Assembly: GCA_963729625.1 (NCBI GenBank)
Contig: CAVSOU010000011.1
Coordinates: 672,001-736,000, forward strand
Reading direction: 5' to 3'
Length of the DNA: 64,000 nt
From: an uncultured bacterium
GTDB lineage: Bacteria > Chloroflexota > UBA5177 > JANWHV01
Shown: positions 39,507-48,053 of the stretch, one piece after another
How the letters are laid out: the number at the start of each line of letters is the position of its first letter
Numbering within the stretch: position 1 is the first letter of the stretch
Position numbers and translations under genes: made by a program
Notes under the pieces: model-generated
What the model was told of the DNA's origin: nothing
What the model saw: only the letters and a program-made list of their open reading frames with translations
The model's database searches: none

Positions 39507-40856
39507 TCAAGTGCGCGGCAGAGTCACGGTGAACCTAGCCCCGTTGGGACTGACGTTCGCCGCCCTGATATGTCCGCCATGTGCCTCGGCAATCCAGCGG
39601 CCGATGGCGAGTCCCAGCCCGCCGCCGGACATCGTGCGTTCTCGACCACCCCGATAGAAGCGGTCAAACAGGTGAGGCAGGTCCTTGGGGTCGATGCCGG
39701 GACCGGAATCCTGGACCTCCAGCGCTGCACGGCTTCCATGCACCGTCACACTCACGCTGATCGTGCCGCCGTCGGGCGTATGCTTGAGTGCGTTGTCCAA
39801 CAGAATCAGGACAAGCTGGCGGAGGCGAACCCAATCGCCGCGCATCGCCACGCTCGGAGGCGCCTGCGCGGTCAGGCGCACATCGCGCTCGGCCGCCAGC
39901 AGCTCGATGCCAGAGACGGCATCGCGCACCGTCGACGCCAGGTCCATCTGCTGCCGCTCGAGACTGAGCACGCCGCTATCCGCATGGGCAAGTAGGGAGA
40001 GGTCGTCGACCAGGCGCGCCAGGTGCACACTCTCGGCCAGCGCTTGCTCCAGGGCCGACTGCTGCTCCCCGGGATCACCGCTTTCCAGGCCGAGCTCGGC
40101 AGCGGTACGCACGATCGCCACCGGTGTCCGAAGCTCGTGCGCGGCATCGGCGACGAAGTCGCGTTGGCGTCGTAGTGAGCGGCGGATGGGACGCATAGCC
40201 CGTCCCACGACGATGAGGGTGATGATCACGGCGGCGGCGACGCCGACGAGGCTGGCGATCAGGACGTCGCGCAGGATCGTGCGCACACTCTCGTCGTACT
40301 GGTGGAGCGACACGCCCAGCTGGGCGACTCCCAAGGTCCTGGCGCCCTCCTGGAGCGGTATCGTGTAGATGAGGTAGCGATCGTTTGGCGGACCGCTGAT
40401 AGTGGAATATGTCCGCGTGTGGTCGATGAGGACGTGTTTCGCCGCACCGGGATCGGGCACTCGCCCGTTGAAGACGCTGACGCTGCCACCCTGCACGCTG
40501 AGCCCGGCATCGACGACGACCAGGAACACGCCACCGGACGTCAACTCGGATTCGGCAGTCGTGCGAATGACCTCGCTTGGGTCGCCGCCGTCGCTGCCGT
40601 CGCTCCCCGCATTCTCGGAGTCGATAAGTACCTTCACGTCGGCGTCGGCATGCGAGCGCAGGGTATCGCGGAGGGACTGCTCCATCGCCGAGCTGGTCGT
40701 CACGTAGACAACGGCCAGGATGGCGACGACCAGGACGACCAGCGACGCCGTGGTAATCAGGGCCAGCCGGCGCGCCACGCCCCGCACGACCCGCTGGTCG
40801 GGTTCTGAGCCGCTGCGCTGAGACCAGCGGTGTGGTTGGTCGGTGGGATTCGACAT
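39507..40856 (-). CDS. Membrane sensor histidine kinase (HisKA + HATPase_c)
   Basis: Two TM helices; FVADAAHELRTP, LLDNALKH, DSGPGI, FDRFYRG, GLGLAI. Confidence 0.96.
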   Translation of the reverse strand: MSNPTDQPHRWSQRSGSEPDQRVVRGVARRLALITTASLVVLVVAILAVVYVTTSSAMEQSLRDTLRSHADADVKVLIDSENAGSDGSDGGDPSEVIRTTAESELTSGGVFLVVVDAGLSVQGGSVSVFNGRVPDPGAAKHVLIDHTRTYSTISGPPNDRYLIYTIPLQEGARTLGVAQLGVSLHQYDESVRTILRDVLIASLVGVAAAVIITLIVVGRAMRPIRRSLRRQRDFVADAAHELRTPVAIVRTAAELGLESGDPGEQQSALEQALAESVHLARLVDDLSLLAHADSGVLSLERQQMDLASTVRDAVSGIELLAAERDVRLTAQAPPSVAMRGDWVRLRQLVLILLDNALKHTPDGGTISVSVTVHGSRAALEVQDSGPGIDPKDLPHLFDRFYRGGRERTMSGGGLGLAIGRWIAEAHGGHIRAANVSPNGARFTVTLPRT

Positions 40857-41074
40857 GCTACCTCAGAACCGCACTCGCAGTCCTCGCTGTGTGCCGGCGA
40901 ATTTCCCGGCGCCTGCGGGAACCTGCCGCGGCAGCACCGGGGTTCCCATGCAGTACGCCGATGCTGCCGCGGTGAGTCGTCCCGTGTCCCAACCTGTGGC
41001 TGGCTAGAATGCCCAATCAAGAGGTGCCCGGGACGGCGGAAGGCGGTGCCGGCGCCACCTGCCGCCTCAAGCGG

Positions 41075-41623
41075 TCAACTCAGGACGCCCGTGGCCGTGG
41101 TGGCCGTCTTGGAAACGACAAACCAGCCCCAGTGGCCGAACTTCACGTGATTGTGCACGGGACAGATGAGCAAGTACTTGCCGGTCTTGCTGGCCACGAA
41201 CGTGAAGGTCTGCGTCACGCCCTTGGGAGTGCCGTGGCGGTAGTTGGGCGAAAATGCGCCGGCGAATGCTGGGGGTGGCGGCACCACGGCCATGGGCAAT
41301 GTGCCCGTCCAGGTCACAATCTCCGCGCCGTGGAGCATCATCGCCGACTGGTTCGAATAGGTCACTATCACCTTGGCACCCAGTGGCACCGTGAACGTGA
41401 AATGACCGGCCTTGCCACCGTTGAAGTTGTAGGTATCCGTGCCGTAGGACGAAATCAGCGTCAGATGGGCAGTCTTGGCCGCCACGTTGTAGGTGGCCCA
41501 GGCCGGCGCTCGAGCGATGGTGGCGGCCCGGCTGCCGCCGATCCCGGCAACGCCAATGAGCGAGCCGGACACAATCAACGCGCCTGCCAGCAGCAAGCTG
41601 ATCGAGCCAATTGAACGTTTCAT
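41075..41623 (-). CDS. Sulfocyanin-like blue copper protein (axial Met replaced by His)
   Basis: RBS AAGGAG; signal peptide; NFNG..G..TFTVPLG, HGAEIV, YLLICPVHNHVKFGHWG. Confidence 0.85.
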   Translation of the reverse strand: MKRSIGSISLLLAGALIVSGSLIGVAGIGGSRAATIARAPAWATYNVAAKTAHLTLISSYGTDTYNFNGGKAGHFTFTVPLGAKVIVTYSNQSAMMLHGAEIVTWTGTLPMAVVPPPPAFAGAFSPNYRHGTPKGVTQTFTFVASKTGKYLLICPVHNHVKFGHWGWFVVSKTATTATGVLS

Positions 41624-41684
41624 AGATGTTTTTCTCCTTGCTCTGCAATTGCTCCTATTCCACGCTAGCTCAGGGCAAGTGCGA

Positions 41685-42608
41685 TCAGTCGTCCAGCACG
41701 CGTCGCACGCTCCCGGCGGCACGGTGCAGGCTTGGCGGCTTCTTCGACGCCGTGGACGAGGCGCGGCGTGTCGAGCTGCTCGCGCTCAGCTTGCCCGAGC
41801 TGGTGCGCAGCCTCGTCCTGCTCGTGCGCACCACGCGCGCGCTGTCGTCGCCGATACCGCCGACTCCTCCGTCATCGCCGCCGCCGCCTCGACCTCCGTT
41901 GCCGCCCCCGTCATCGCCCGTCTGGCCCGTGTAGGCCGTCGGCTGCTTGAGCTGATTTGCCTGGGAGCCGTTGGCCTTGGCGTCGAGCGCATACACGTTC
42001 TGGCTTGCGTCGACCTGAACGGCCAGGGGCGACAGGGGGGTGCTGGTCGGACCGCCCAGCACCTTGGCGCCTTGTGCGGGGTCGTAGGTGGCACCATGAC
42101 AGGGGCATACCATCAGCTGGCGCTTGGCATCGAACTGGACGGTGCATCCGGCGTGCGTACAGACGGCGTCATACGCGACGTACTTGCCGTTGGCCAGGTG
42201 GATCAGCATGGCAGGGTCGCCGCTCGCCGGGTCGGTGTAGGTGACGGCCTGCTTGAGAGCCAACGACTTGACGCTGCCAAGAAACCGGCCCGGCCCCGCG
42301 GCGCCGGCCGCCACGGCGCCCGAGGCGGCTGCGGGTGATTGCTTCGCGGCAGCTCGAGCGATGGAGCCCAGGGAACCGCTCGCCGCGAACAGGCCTGCCG
42401 CGGCCCCCAGCGCTCGCACGAAGGTGGAGCGCCGCACGGACGGGGCCGGCAGCGCAGGCAGGGCGTACCGTGAGCGCCCAGCGGCGTGGGCCGAGCAGCA
42501 GGGGCACGGGCTTGCCGGCTGGCCGGCGGACGGTTGGTCCGCTGAGCACGCGCGATCGACGTCCGGCGAGGGCCTAGAGGATCGTTGGTCAGTCGTGTGT
42601 TGCTGCAT
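41685..42608 (-). CDS. Tat-exported Rieske [2Fe-2S] protein with low-complexity tail
   Basis: RBS AAAGGAG; VRRSTFVR Tat motif; CTHAGC...CPCHG. Confidence 0.9.
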   Translation of the reverse strand: MQQHTTDQRSSRPSPDVDRACSADQPSAGQPASPCPCCSAHAAGRSRYALPALPAPSVRRSTFVRALGAAAGLFAASGSLGSIARAAAKQSPAAASGAVAAGAAGPGRFLGSVKSLALKQAVTYTDPASGDPAMLIHLANGKYVAYDAVCTHAGCTVQFDAKRQLMVCPCHGATYDPAQGAKVLGGPTSTPLSPLAVQVDASQNVYALDAKANGSQANQLKQPTAYTGQTGDDGGGNGGRGGGGDDGGVGGIGDDSARVVRTSRTRLRTSSGKLSASSSTRRASSTASKKPPSLHRAAGSVRRVLDD

Positions 42609-42651
42609 GGTTCGAAGCTCCTTTCAAGGCCTCGTGTCTGTCACGTATCTC

Positions 42652-42705
42652 ATCGTAGGAGGCGATAATGAAGGACTCATGATGAGAATGATGAACAGTT
42701 TATGA
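42652..42705 (-). promoter_or_regulatory. Four-box TCAT promoter (Rieske, sulfocyanin, kinase)
   Basis: Minus strand: TCATA, TCATC, TCATG, TCATT spaced 11/12/11, 9 nt, TACGAT. Confidence 0.72.
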
Positions 42706-43019
42706 TGGGAATTGCCGGTTGCCGCCGCGCGCCACGTCGCGCTCGCCGAGCCACCGTGCTTGGCGGCCTCAATGCCGTCTCCGGCGCCACGTCCACAAGC
42801 GAGTCGTACAGCGGGTCGCTGCAGGCGGCCGCGCAGCGGTGATGCTGGCCCCGGCGGGCGAGCCGGCGTGTGCGCCTACACAGTATGTGCGACGCTGACC
42901 GGCCAGGCCAGACATCCGGCCGGCGCGCACCCTCGCAGTCTTATGTGCGAGAACCGAATGCTGTGCTGAGCAAGACCTGATCCACACTGCATCCTACGAC
43001 GATCGGCCGGCCCGGCGTG

Positions 43020-43073
43020 TCATCGAATTGTCATGGCTGCCGTCATCGATTGATCATTGCCCACCTGTACTGT
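43020..43073 (+). promoter_or_regulatory. Four-box TCAT promoter (ferric reductase/FMN-binding operon)
   Basis: TCAT at 43020, 43031, 43043, 43054 (11/12/11), 9 nt, TACTGT. Confidence 0.72.
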
Positions 43074-43403
43074 TGATCTCGAGGTAATTCCACCATCCAG
43101 CACCGTGCTGGAGCAGGTCACGGCAGTTGCCGGGGGCGGTGCGCTGCGACAATGGCGTCGCCGGCGTGCCGCGTGGTGGATCGTGCGGGATGTCGCGGTG
43201 CCGGCCGGCAGCGCGGCGTCCCGCACCATACCTGACGCGCATCGGCCCGATCACAGGACCCTCACGTCTTGTGACGGCGCGGCGTGCACCACCAGCAAGG
43301 AAGAGGGTGCCATGAACAGCACCAGCAGATGCCGCTCCGCGCTCCGCGCTCGATCGTCGTCACGTCTCACGGCGAGGAACCCGAGCCGAGCGGAGCAAGC
43401 ACG

Positions 43404-43661
43404 ATGAGCGCCGAGCTCGCGCAGGATTGGCGGGAGGCGCCGCCTGCCCTGGTCACTGGCCGCCGCGTTGATCTCCGCAGAGCCTCGGCCTGGATCTTTG
43501 CCCTGATCGTCGTGGCCAACGCACTGGCGATCATTGGGCTCTGGGTGTACGGCAAGAATATCTCCGGCGTGCACGGTTGGGGCGATCTTTGGACCAGTAT
43601 CGGGCGGCTGATCTCCAACGTGCCGCGCAACCACATCCACACCGAACGCTTCGCGCTCTAG
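43404..43661 (+). pseudogene. Ferric reductase-like oxidoreductase collapsed by in-frame internal deletion
   Basis: N-terminal TM ...WTSIGRL joined directly to the C-terminal VPRNHIHTERFAL typical of FAD/NAD-binding reductases. Confidence 0.7.
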
Positions 43662-43703
43662 CAGTCGCCGAAGCACAGAGCCAACCAGACGGAGAAGAAG
43701 ACC

Positions 43704-44165
43704 ATGCAGAACAAGATCCGCACCGCACTGTATGCCACGGCCATCGTCGCCCTTCCGGCAGGCGTCGCCGTTGCCTGGCAAGGGCCCGCCCACGGCTACA
43801 TCGCTGACGCGGCGAGCAAGCCCAAGGTCACGGCCACGCGGACGCCCGTGGCAAAGACGACGGCGAAACCGGTTGCCGCGCACAAGTACGTGGGACCCAG
43901 CGTGAACATGCAGTGGGGGCCGGTGCAGGTGACCCTGGTGGTGAAGGGCAAGACGATCACCGACCTCTCGGCCACGGCTCCTACGGAGCGAGCGCGTTCC
44001 GCCTTCATCAACAACCAGGCGATCCCGATGCTGCGCCAGGAAGTGCTGCAAGCCAAGACTGCGGCCAAAATCAAGAACATCTATGGCATCTCGGGTGCCA
44101 CCATGACCAGTGAAGCATTCTATCAGTCGTTGCTGTCCGCACTCGCAGCTGCGCACCTGGCCTGA
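43704..44165 (+). CDS. Exported FMN-binding (flavinylated) protein
   Basis: Signal peptide; WGPVQVTLVV, RSAFINNQAIPML, ISGATMTS flavinylation motif. Confidence 0.92.
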   Translation: MQNKIRTALYATAIVALPAGVAVAWQGPAHGYIADAASKPKVTATRTPVAKTTAKPVAAHKYVGPSVNMQWGPVQVTLVVKGKTITDLSATAPTERARSAFINNQAIPMLRQEVLQAKTAAKIKNIYGISGATMTSEAFYQSLLSALAAAHLA

Positions 44166-44185
44166 CGTAATACCAGCAGCCAGCG

Positions 44186-44222
44186 CACGGGTTCGCCCCG
44201 GCACTACCGGGGCGAACCCGTG
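44186..44222 (+). terminator. 16-bp perfect hairpin after the FMN-binding gene
   Basis: CACGGGTTCGCCCCGG-CACTA-CCGGGGCGAACCCGTG; no U-tract. Confidence 0.65.
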
Positions 44223-44258
44223 ACGGGACCGCGAGGCTTCAGCACTCCCGCCCCTATC

Positions 44259-44555
44259 CAAGCGGAATATCGCGGCGTGGTGCGATACTACCAACGGGCG
44301 TCTAATAGCTACCAGTTCGGACGACTGAAGGGCGGCATGTAGCGATCGCTGACCAAGACGTTGGCGCGGAAGTTCCGCACCAATGTCCCCGCCGTCTACC
44401 GCCGCTACCGCACCACACTCCAAACGGAGCAGGGTCCCCGCACGGGGCTGCAGGTCACCGTCGAACGAGGTGACCATTGATCGCCGTTGGTCGCACAATG
44501 GGCCGCCATCTCACTTGCCCGCCGAACCACCTGTGTCTACCTCGATGACGATCCT
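44259..44555 (+). pseudogene. Group II intron RT/maturase domain X remnant
   Basis: QAEYRGVVRYYQRA..M*RSLTKTLARKFR..GPRTGLQVTVERGDH*SPLVAQWAAISLARR; stops at 44340 and 44478. Confidence 0.78.
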
Positions 44556-44622
44556 CGCTATGCGCGGGTGTAGTAGGCTGCATGCAGGGAATCCACCTCG
44601 CTGCCACACCTGAGGAGGGTCG

Positions 44623-45945
44623 ATGGGACGCCGACAGGGAGTGCTGTTGGTCATTCCGGTTGTAGTCGGGTTGCTGATTCACTTGCTCAGCGGTCATAGT
44701 CAACCGAGCCCGGTGCTTCGTAGCACCAGCATCGGCTCCGGCAGCTTCTTGGCCCTGCTTAACGCGGGGAGCCATCGTCTCTACATCCACACCTTTGGGG
44801 ACAACGTACTCCATATCCTCGACACGCGTACCGGCCTAGCCATGCATCCCGAGGATCCCGTAGCGCGCTCCACCGGCCCGATGGCGATTGATGACCACTT
44901 CGGCCAAGCATTCATCGGTCCTGATCCGGACAACACCATCGAGATCCTTGACGCTCGCACGTTTGCTATCCTCCATTCGGTCCCTATTTACCGGGTGACA
45001 GGTCCTGACCCCCTCTTCGACGAGCAGACCGACCGACTCTATCTCGACGACCCCAACTCTCCGATCTTGAGCATCGTCGATGCCGCGAGCGGGATGCTCC
45101 GTCAGGTCCCCGCCTGTATCACGCCGCAGGCCCTCATGGCCTTGAGCCACGCGACTCAGCATTTGTTCGAGTCGTGTACCGATGGGACCACGGAAATGTT
45201 CGATGCGCATAGCGGGAGGTTGCTGCGTACCCTCAATACCTCCAGCTTGGGCACTTGTACCTGCGGGATCCTTGATGACGAGATGACCGGACGGATCTTT
45301 CTGCCTGCCGCAGATGCGCTGGGCGTGCTGGACGCGCGCAGCGGGAACCTGCTCCGCCGAGTGCCCGTGCAGAGTTGGAACCTGGGCACGATCAATTTGG
45401 ATGGGCACACCGGCACCATTGGCACTATCGACCTGGACCCGCACACGGGGAACGTGGTGATGGCACCGTACGCCGACCCAGGGCTCGGTCACTCTGCGAG
45501 CCATGTCTTCGTACTCGACGGCCGCACCGGAGCCATTCTCCATCGTTGGCCCGTGCCGAGGACGCCCACTGCGGTGATGGTGAATCCTGTGACCCATCAC
45601 CTCTTGGTCACCAGCGCTGGGCCGACCGATGTGTTTGGCGTGCCCCTGGGCGCTGGCAGCTTGAGTGTCCTGGACCCCTCCAGCGGCGCATCTCTCCAGC
45701 AGATCGAGATGGGTATCCTGCCGGCATCAATGTTCTTTGACCTGCGGAGTGGACACCTTTTCGTGGTGAACTTCACCAGCGACATGCAGCAGGGGGCCTT
45801 GACGCGGACCTATCCGGACAGCTGGTGGTCGCAGCAGCTGCGCCACGTGAAGGGTGTAGCAGCCTGGTTGCCCTTCAAGGCCCCAGCACCGCCGACGCCG
45901 CCTACCGATGTCACGGTGATAACGCTCGACCTCTCGCGGCTCTAG
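44623..45945 (+). CDS. YncE-like beta-propeller, membrane-anchored or secreted
   Basis: RBS GAGGAGG; N-terminal TM; repeated .LD..TG..L blades. Confidence 0.82.
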   Translation: MGRRQGVLLVIPVVVGLLIHLLSGHSQPSPVLRSTSIGSGSFLALLNAGSHRLYIHTFGDNVLHILDTRTGLAMHPEDPVARSTGPMAIDDHFGQAFIGPDPDNTIEILDARTFAILHSVPIYRVTGPDPLFDEQTDRLYLDDPNSPILSIVDAASGMLRQVPACITPQALMALSHATQHLFESCTDGTTEMFDAHSGRLLRTLNTSSLGTCTCGILDDEMTGRIFLPAADALGVLDARSGNLLRRVPVQSWNLGTINLDGHTGTIGTIDLDPHTGNVVMAPYADPGLGHSASHVFVLDGRTGAILHRWPVPRTPTAVMVNPVTHHLLVTSAGPTDVFGVPLGAGSLSVLDPSSGASLQQIEMGILPASMFFDLRSGHLFVVNFTSDMQQGALTRTYPDSWWSQQLRHVKGVAAWLPFKAPAPPTPPTDVTVITLDLSRL

Positions 45946-45992
45946 CCCAACTTCGTTCCAGCGCTCGATGAAGAGTTGTACCGGAGGTAGTT

Positions 45993-46943
45993 ATGATCAC
46001 GCTGGCCGATGTCAACACCGCACGGGCAGCAATCGGGGACCGGCTGCATCACACGCCCACGTTCAGCGCCACAAGTTTAGGCGCCCTGGCCAACGTACAG
46101 CTGCTGGTCAAGGCGGAGCTATTGCAGAAGACGGGCTCGTTCAAGCCGCGCGGTGTGCTCGCCAAGCTGGCCGGCCTCACCCCTGAGCAGCGCGCTCGCG
46201 GCGTCTTGGGCATCTCCGCCGGCAACCACGCGCAGGCTCTTGCATACGGCGCGACGCAGGAAGGCATCCCTTGCACGGTCGTTATGCCGGCTACCGCGGC
46301 GATCAGTAAGGTCGCGGCCGCGCGCGCATATGGCGCCCGAATCGTGCAGTACGGTGCGACGTCCATCGAGGCATTTGCCGAGTATGAACGGCTCCTCGCT
46401 GCTGAAGGACAGGTGCCGGTGCACCCATTTGCCGATCCGGAGGTGATCGCGGGCCAGGGTACAATTGGCCTGGAGCTGCTCGAGGATGTCGACGATCTGG
46501 ATGCGGTAATCGTACCGGTGGGTGGGGGAGGCCTGATTGCTGGCCTCGCCGTGGCCCTCAAGGAGCAACGCCCGCGCCTGCGCGTTGTCGGTGTCGAGCC
46601 CGAAGGTGCAGCGGGACTAAGCCGTGCGCTGGCAGCCGGTCGCGTTGAACCTCTCGAGACGATCCAAACCATCGCCGACGGCTTGGCGGCGCCCTTCGCC
46701 AGCCAGATCACCCTGGAGATTGCCCAACGCTACGTGGACGACGTAGTACTCGTCTCCGAGCAAGAGATCGCGCAGGCAGTGGTTCTTGTGCTGGAGCGCA
46801 CCAAGCTGCAGGTAGAACCAGCCGGTGCCGCGGGTGTGGCGGCGCTGCTGGCTGGCCGCTGCGGACTCCGCGAGGGCGACCACGTCGTCGCCATCCTCAG
46901 TGGCGGCAACATCGATCGTAGCCGGCTGAAGGGCTTGCTCTGA
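45993..46943 (+). CDS. PLP-dependent threonine/serine dehydratase (no regulatory domain)
   Basis: KAELLQKTGSFKPRG, SAGNHAQ, PVGGGGL, TIADGL, LSGGN. Confidence 0.95.
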   Translation: MITLADVNTARAAIGDRLHHTPTFSATSLGALANVQLLVKAELLQKTGSFKPRGVLAKLAGLTPEQRARGVLGISAGNHAQALAYGATQEGIPCTVVMPATAAISKVAAARAYGARIVQYGATSIEAFAEYERLLAAEGQVPVHPFADPEVIAGQGTIGLELLEDVDDLDAVIVPVGGGGLIAGLAVALKEQRPRLRVVGVEPEGAAGLSRALAAGRVEPLETIQTIADGLAAPFASQITLEIAQRYVDDVVLVSEQEIAQAVVLVLERTKLQVEPAGAAGVAALLAGRCGLREGDHVVAILSGGNIDRSRLKGLL

Positions 46944-46979
46944 CCGCCAAAGTATCGGAGGAAGCGAGGTTCTAGCTGG

Positions 46980-47822
46980 ATGTCGAACATCGCGGCGCTT
47001 CCCGCGCGGCCACACCTCACTGAGTATGGCGCCGAGCTGATCGGTACTGCTGCCCTTGTGTTCATCGGCTTTTCAACGGGAGCGCTAATCTTTGGTACCT
47101 CGCTGGTTAGCGCCTGGTTGCCGGGTACCGGTCCCCGGCTCTTCCTCGCCGGCCTGTGCTTTGGCGGTGGCGGGACGCTGGTAACCCTTTCGCCGCTGGG
47201 GCAGCGGAGCGGCGCCCATCTCAATCCCAGCGTCTCCCTTGCTTTCTACCTGTTGCACCGCATGCATCGACACGATCTGTTGGGCTACGTGGTGGCTCAG
47301 TTTCTCGGCGCGGGCTGCGGCGCAACCCTGGCGACACTGATCGACCCTCTTGCCCTTACGGCCATTCACTTCGATCAAACCATGCCGGGCGCTGGCGTGA
47401 CAATCTGGCAGGCGCTGATCACGGAGTTCCTCGCCACCTCCCTCTTGATCGCAGTTATCCTGCTGTGCGTTAGCTCCCGGCGTACTGCTCGACTCACTCC
47501 ATTCGCCGTCTGGTTGCTGATCGCTGCATTGGTGTGGCAGACCGCACCCATCTCGGGAACGAGCCTGAATCCCGCGCGGTCATTTGGCTCGGCGTTGCTG
47601 GCTTGGCTCTGGAGCGATCAATGGATCTACTTCACGGCCCCGCCGTTGGCGGGCGTGCTCGTAGCGCTCGGCTACCGCTGGACCATCGGTTCGCATCATA
47701 TCCTGACGGCGAAGCTGTTTCATCCGGTCACAGATATCGTGCACTGCCACTTCCCACGCTGCGCTCTGTGCGGCCAACAGCCGATCTTGCCGGTTGCTGG
47801 AGTTGCTCAACAGAAGGAGTAG
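46980..47822 (+). CDS. MIP/aquaporin family channel
   Basis: SGAHLNPSVS and GTSLNPARS; six TM helices. Confidence 0.93.
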   Translation: MSNIAALPARPHLTEYGAELIGTAALVFIGFSTGALIFGTSLVSAWLPGTGPRLFLAGLCFGGGGTLVTLSPLGQRSGAHLNPSVSLAFYLLHRMHRHDLLGYVVAQFLGAGCGATLATLIDPLALTAIHFDQTMPGAGVTIWQALITEFLATSLLIAVILLCVSSRRTARLTPFAVWLLIAALVWQTAPISGTSLNPARSFGSALLAWLWSDQWIYFTAPPLAGVLVALGYRWTIGSHHILTAKLFHPVTDIVHCHFPRCALCGQQPILPVAGVAQQKE

Positions 47823-48053
47823 CCCACCAGTACCCAGGTCTTTAGCGCGTCGGGCAAAGAGCACCAGCGTGCGAGCGTTCCAGTCTGCTGGGCCAGAGCC
47901 ATCCGCTGCTTGTCCCGGCCAGAGCCCCTTCAGCGGCCGTGGCCCTTTGGCGTACAATGAGTTGTCTGGAACTCACCCTGTCATGCCGGGCGCGGCAATC
48001 TGGTTGGCGCCACGTCGAGTGAAGCTGACGGCATCACGAGGAGTGATCGTGCA

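Noticed and set aside
12833-44342. Several in-frame TAG codons (12833, 15044, 44340) suggesting amber recoding or pyrrolysine
   Set aside because: Intact genes (LLM, YncE, hsp20, groEL) end at TAG at their expected C-termini, and two of the three cases lie in obvious remnants.
44186-44555. Class IIC intron inserted after a terminator
   Set aside because: No intron 5' end follows the hairpin; only an internal maturase shard is present, so adjacency is probably due to deletion.
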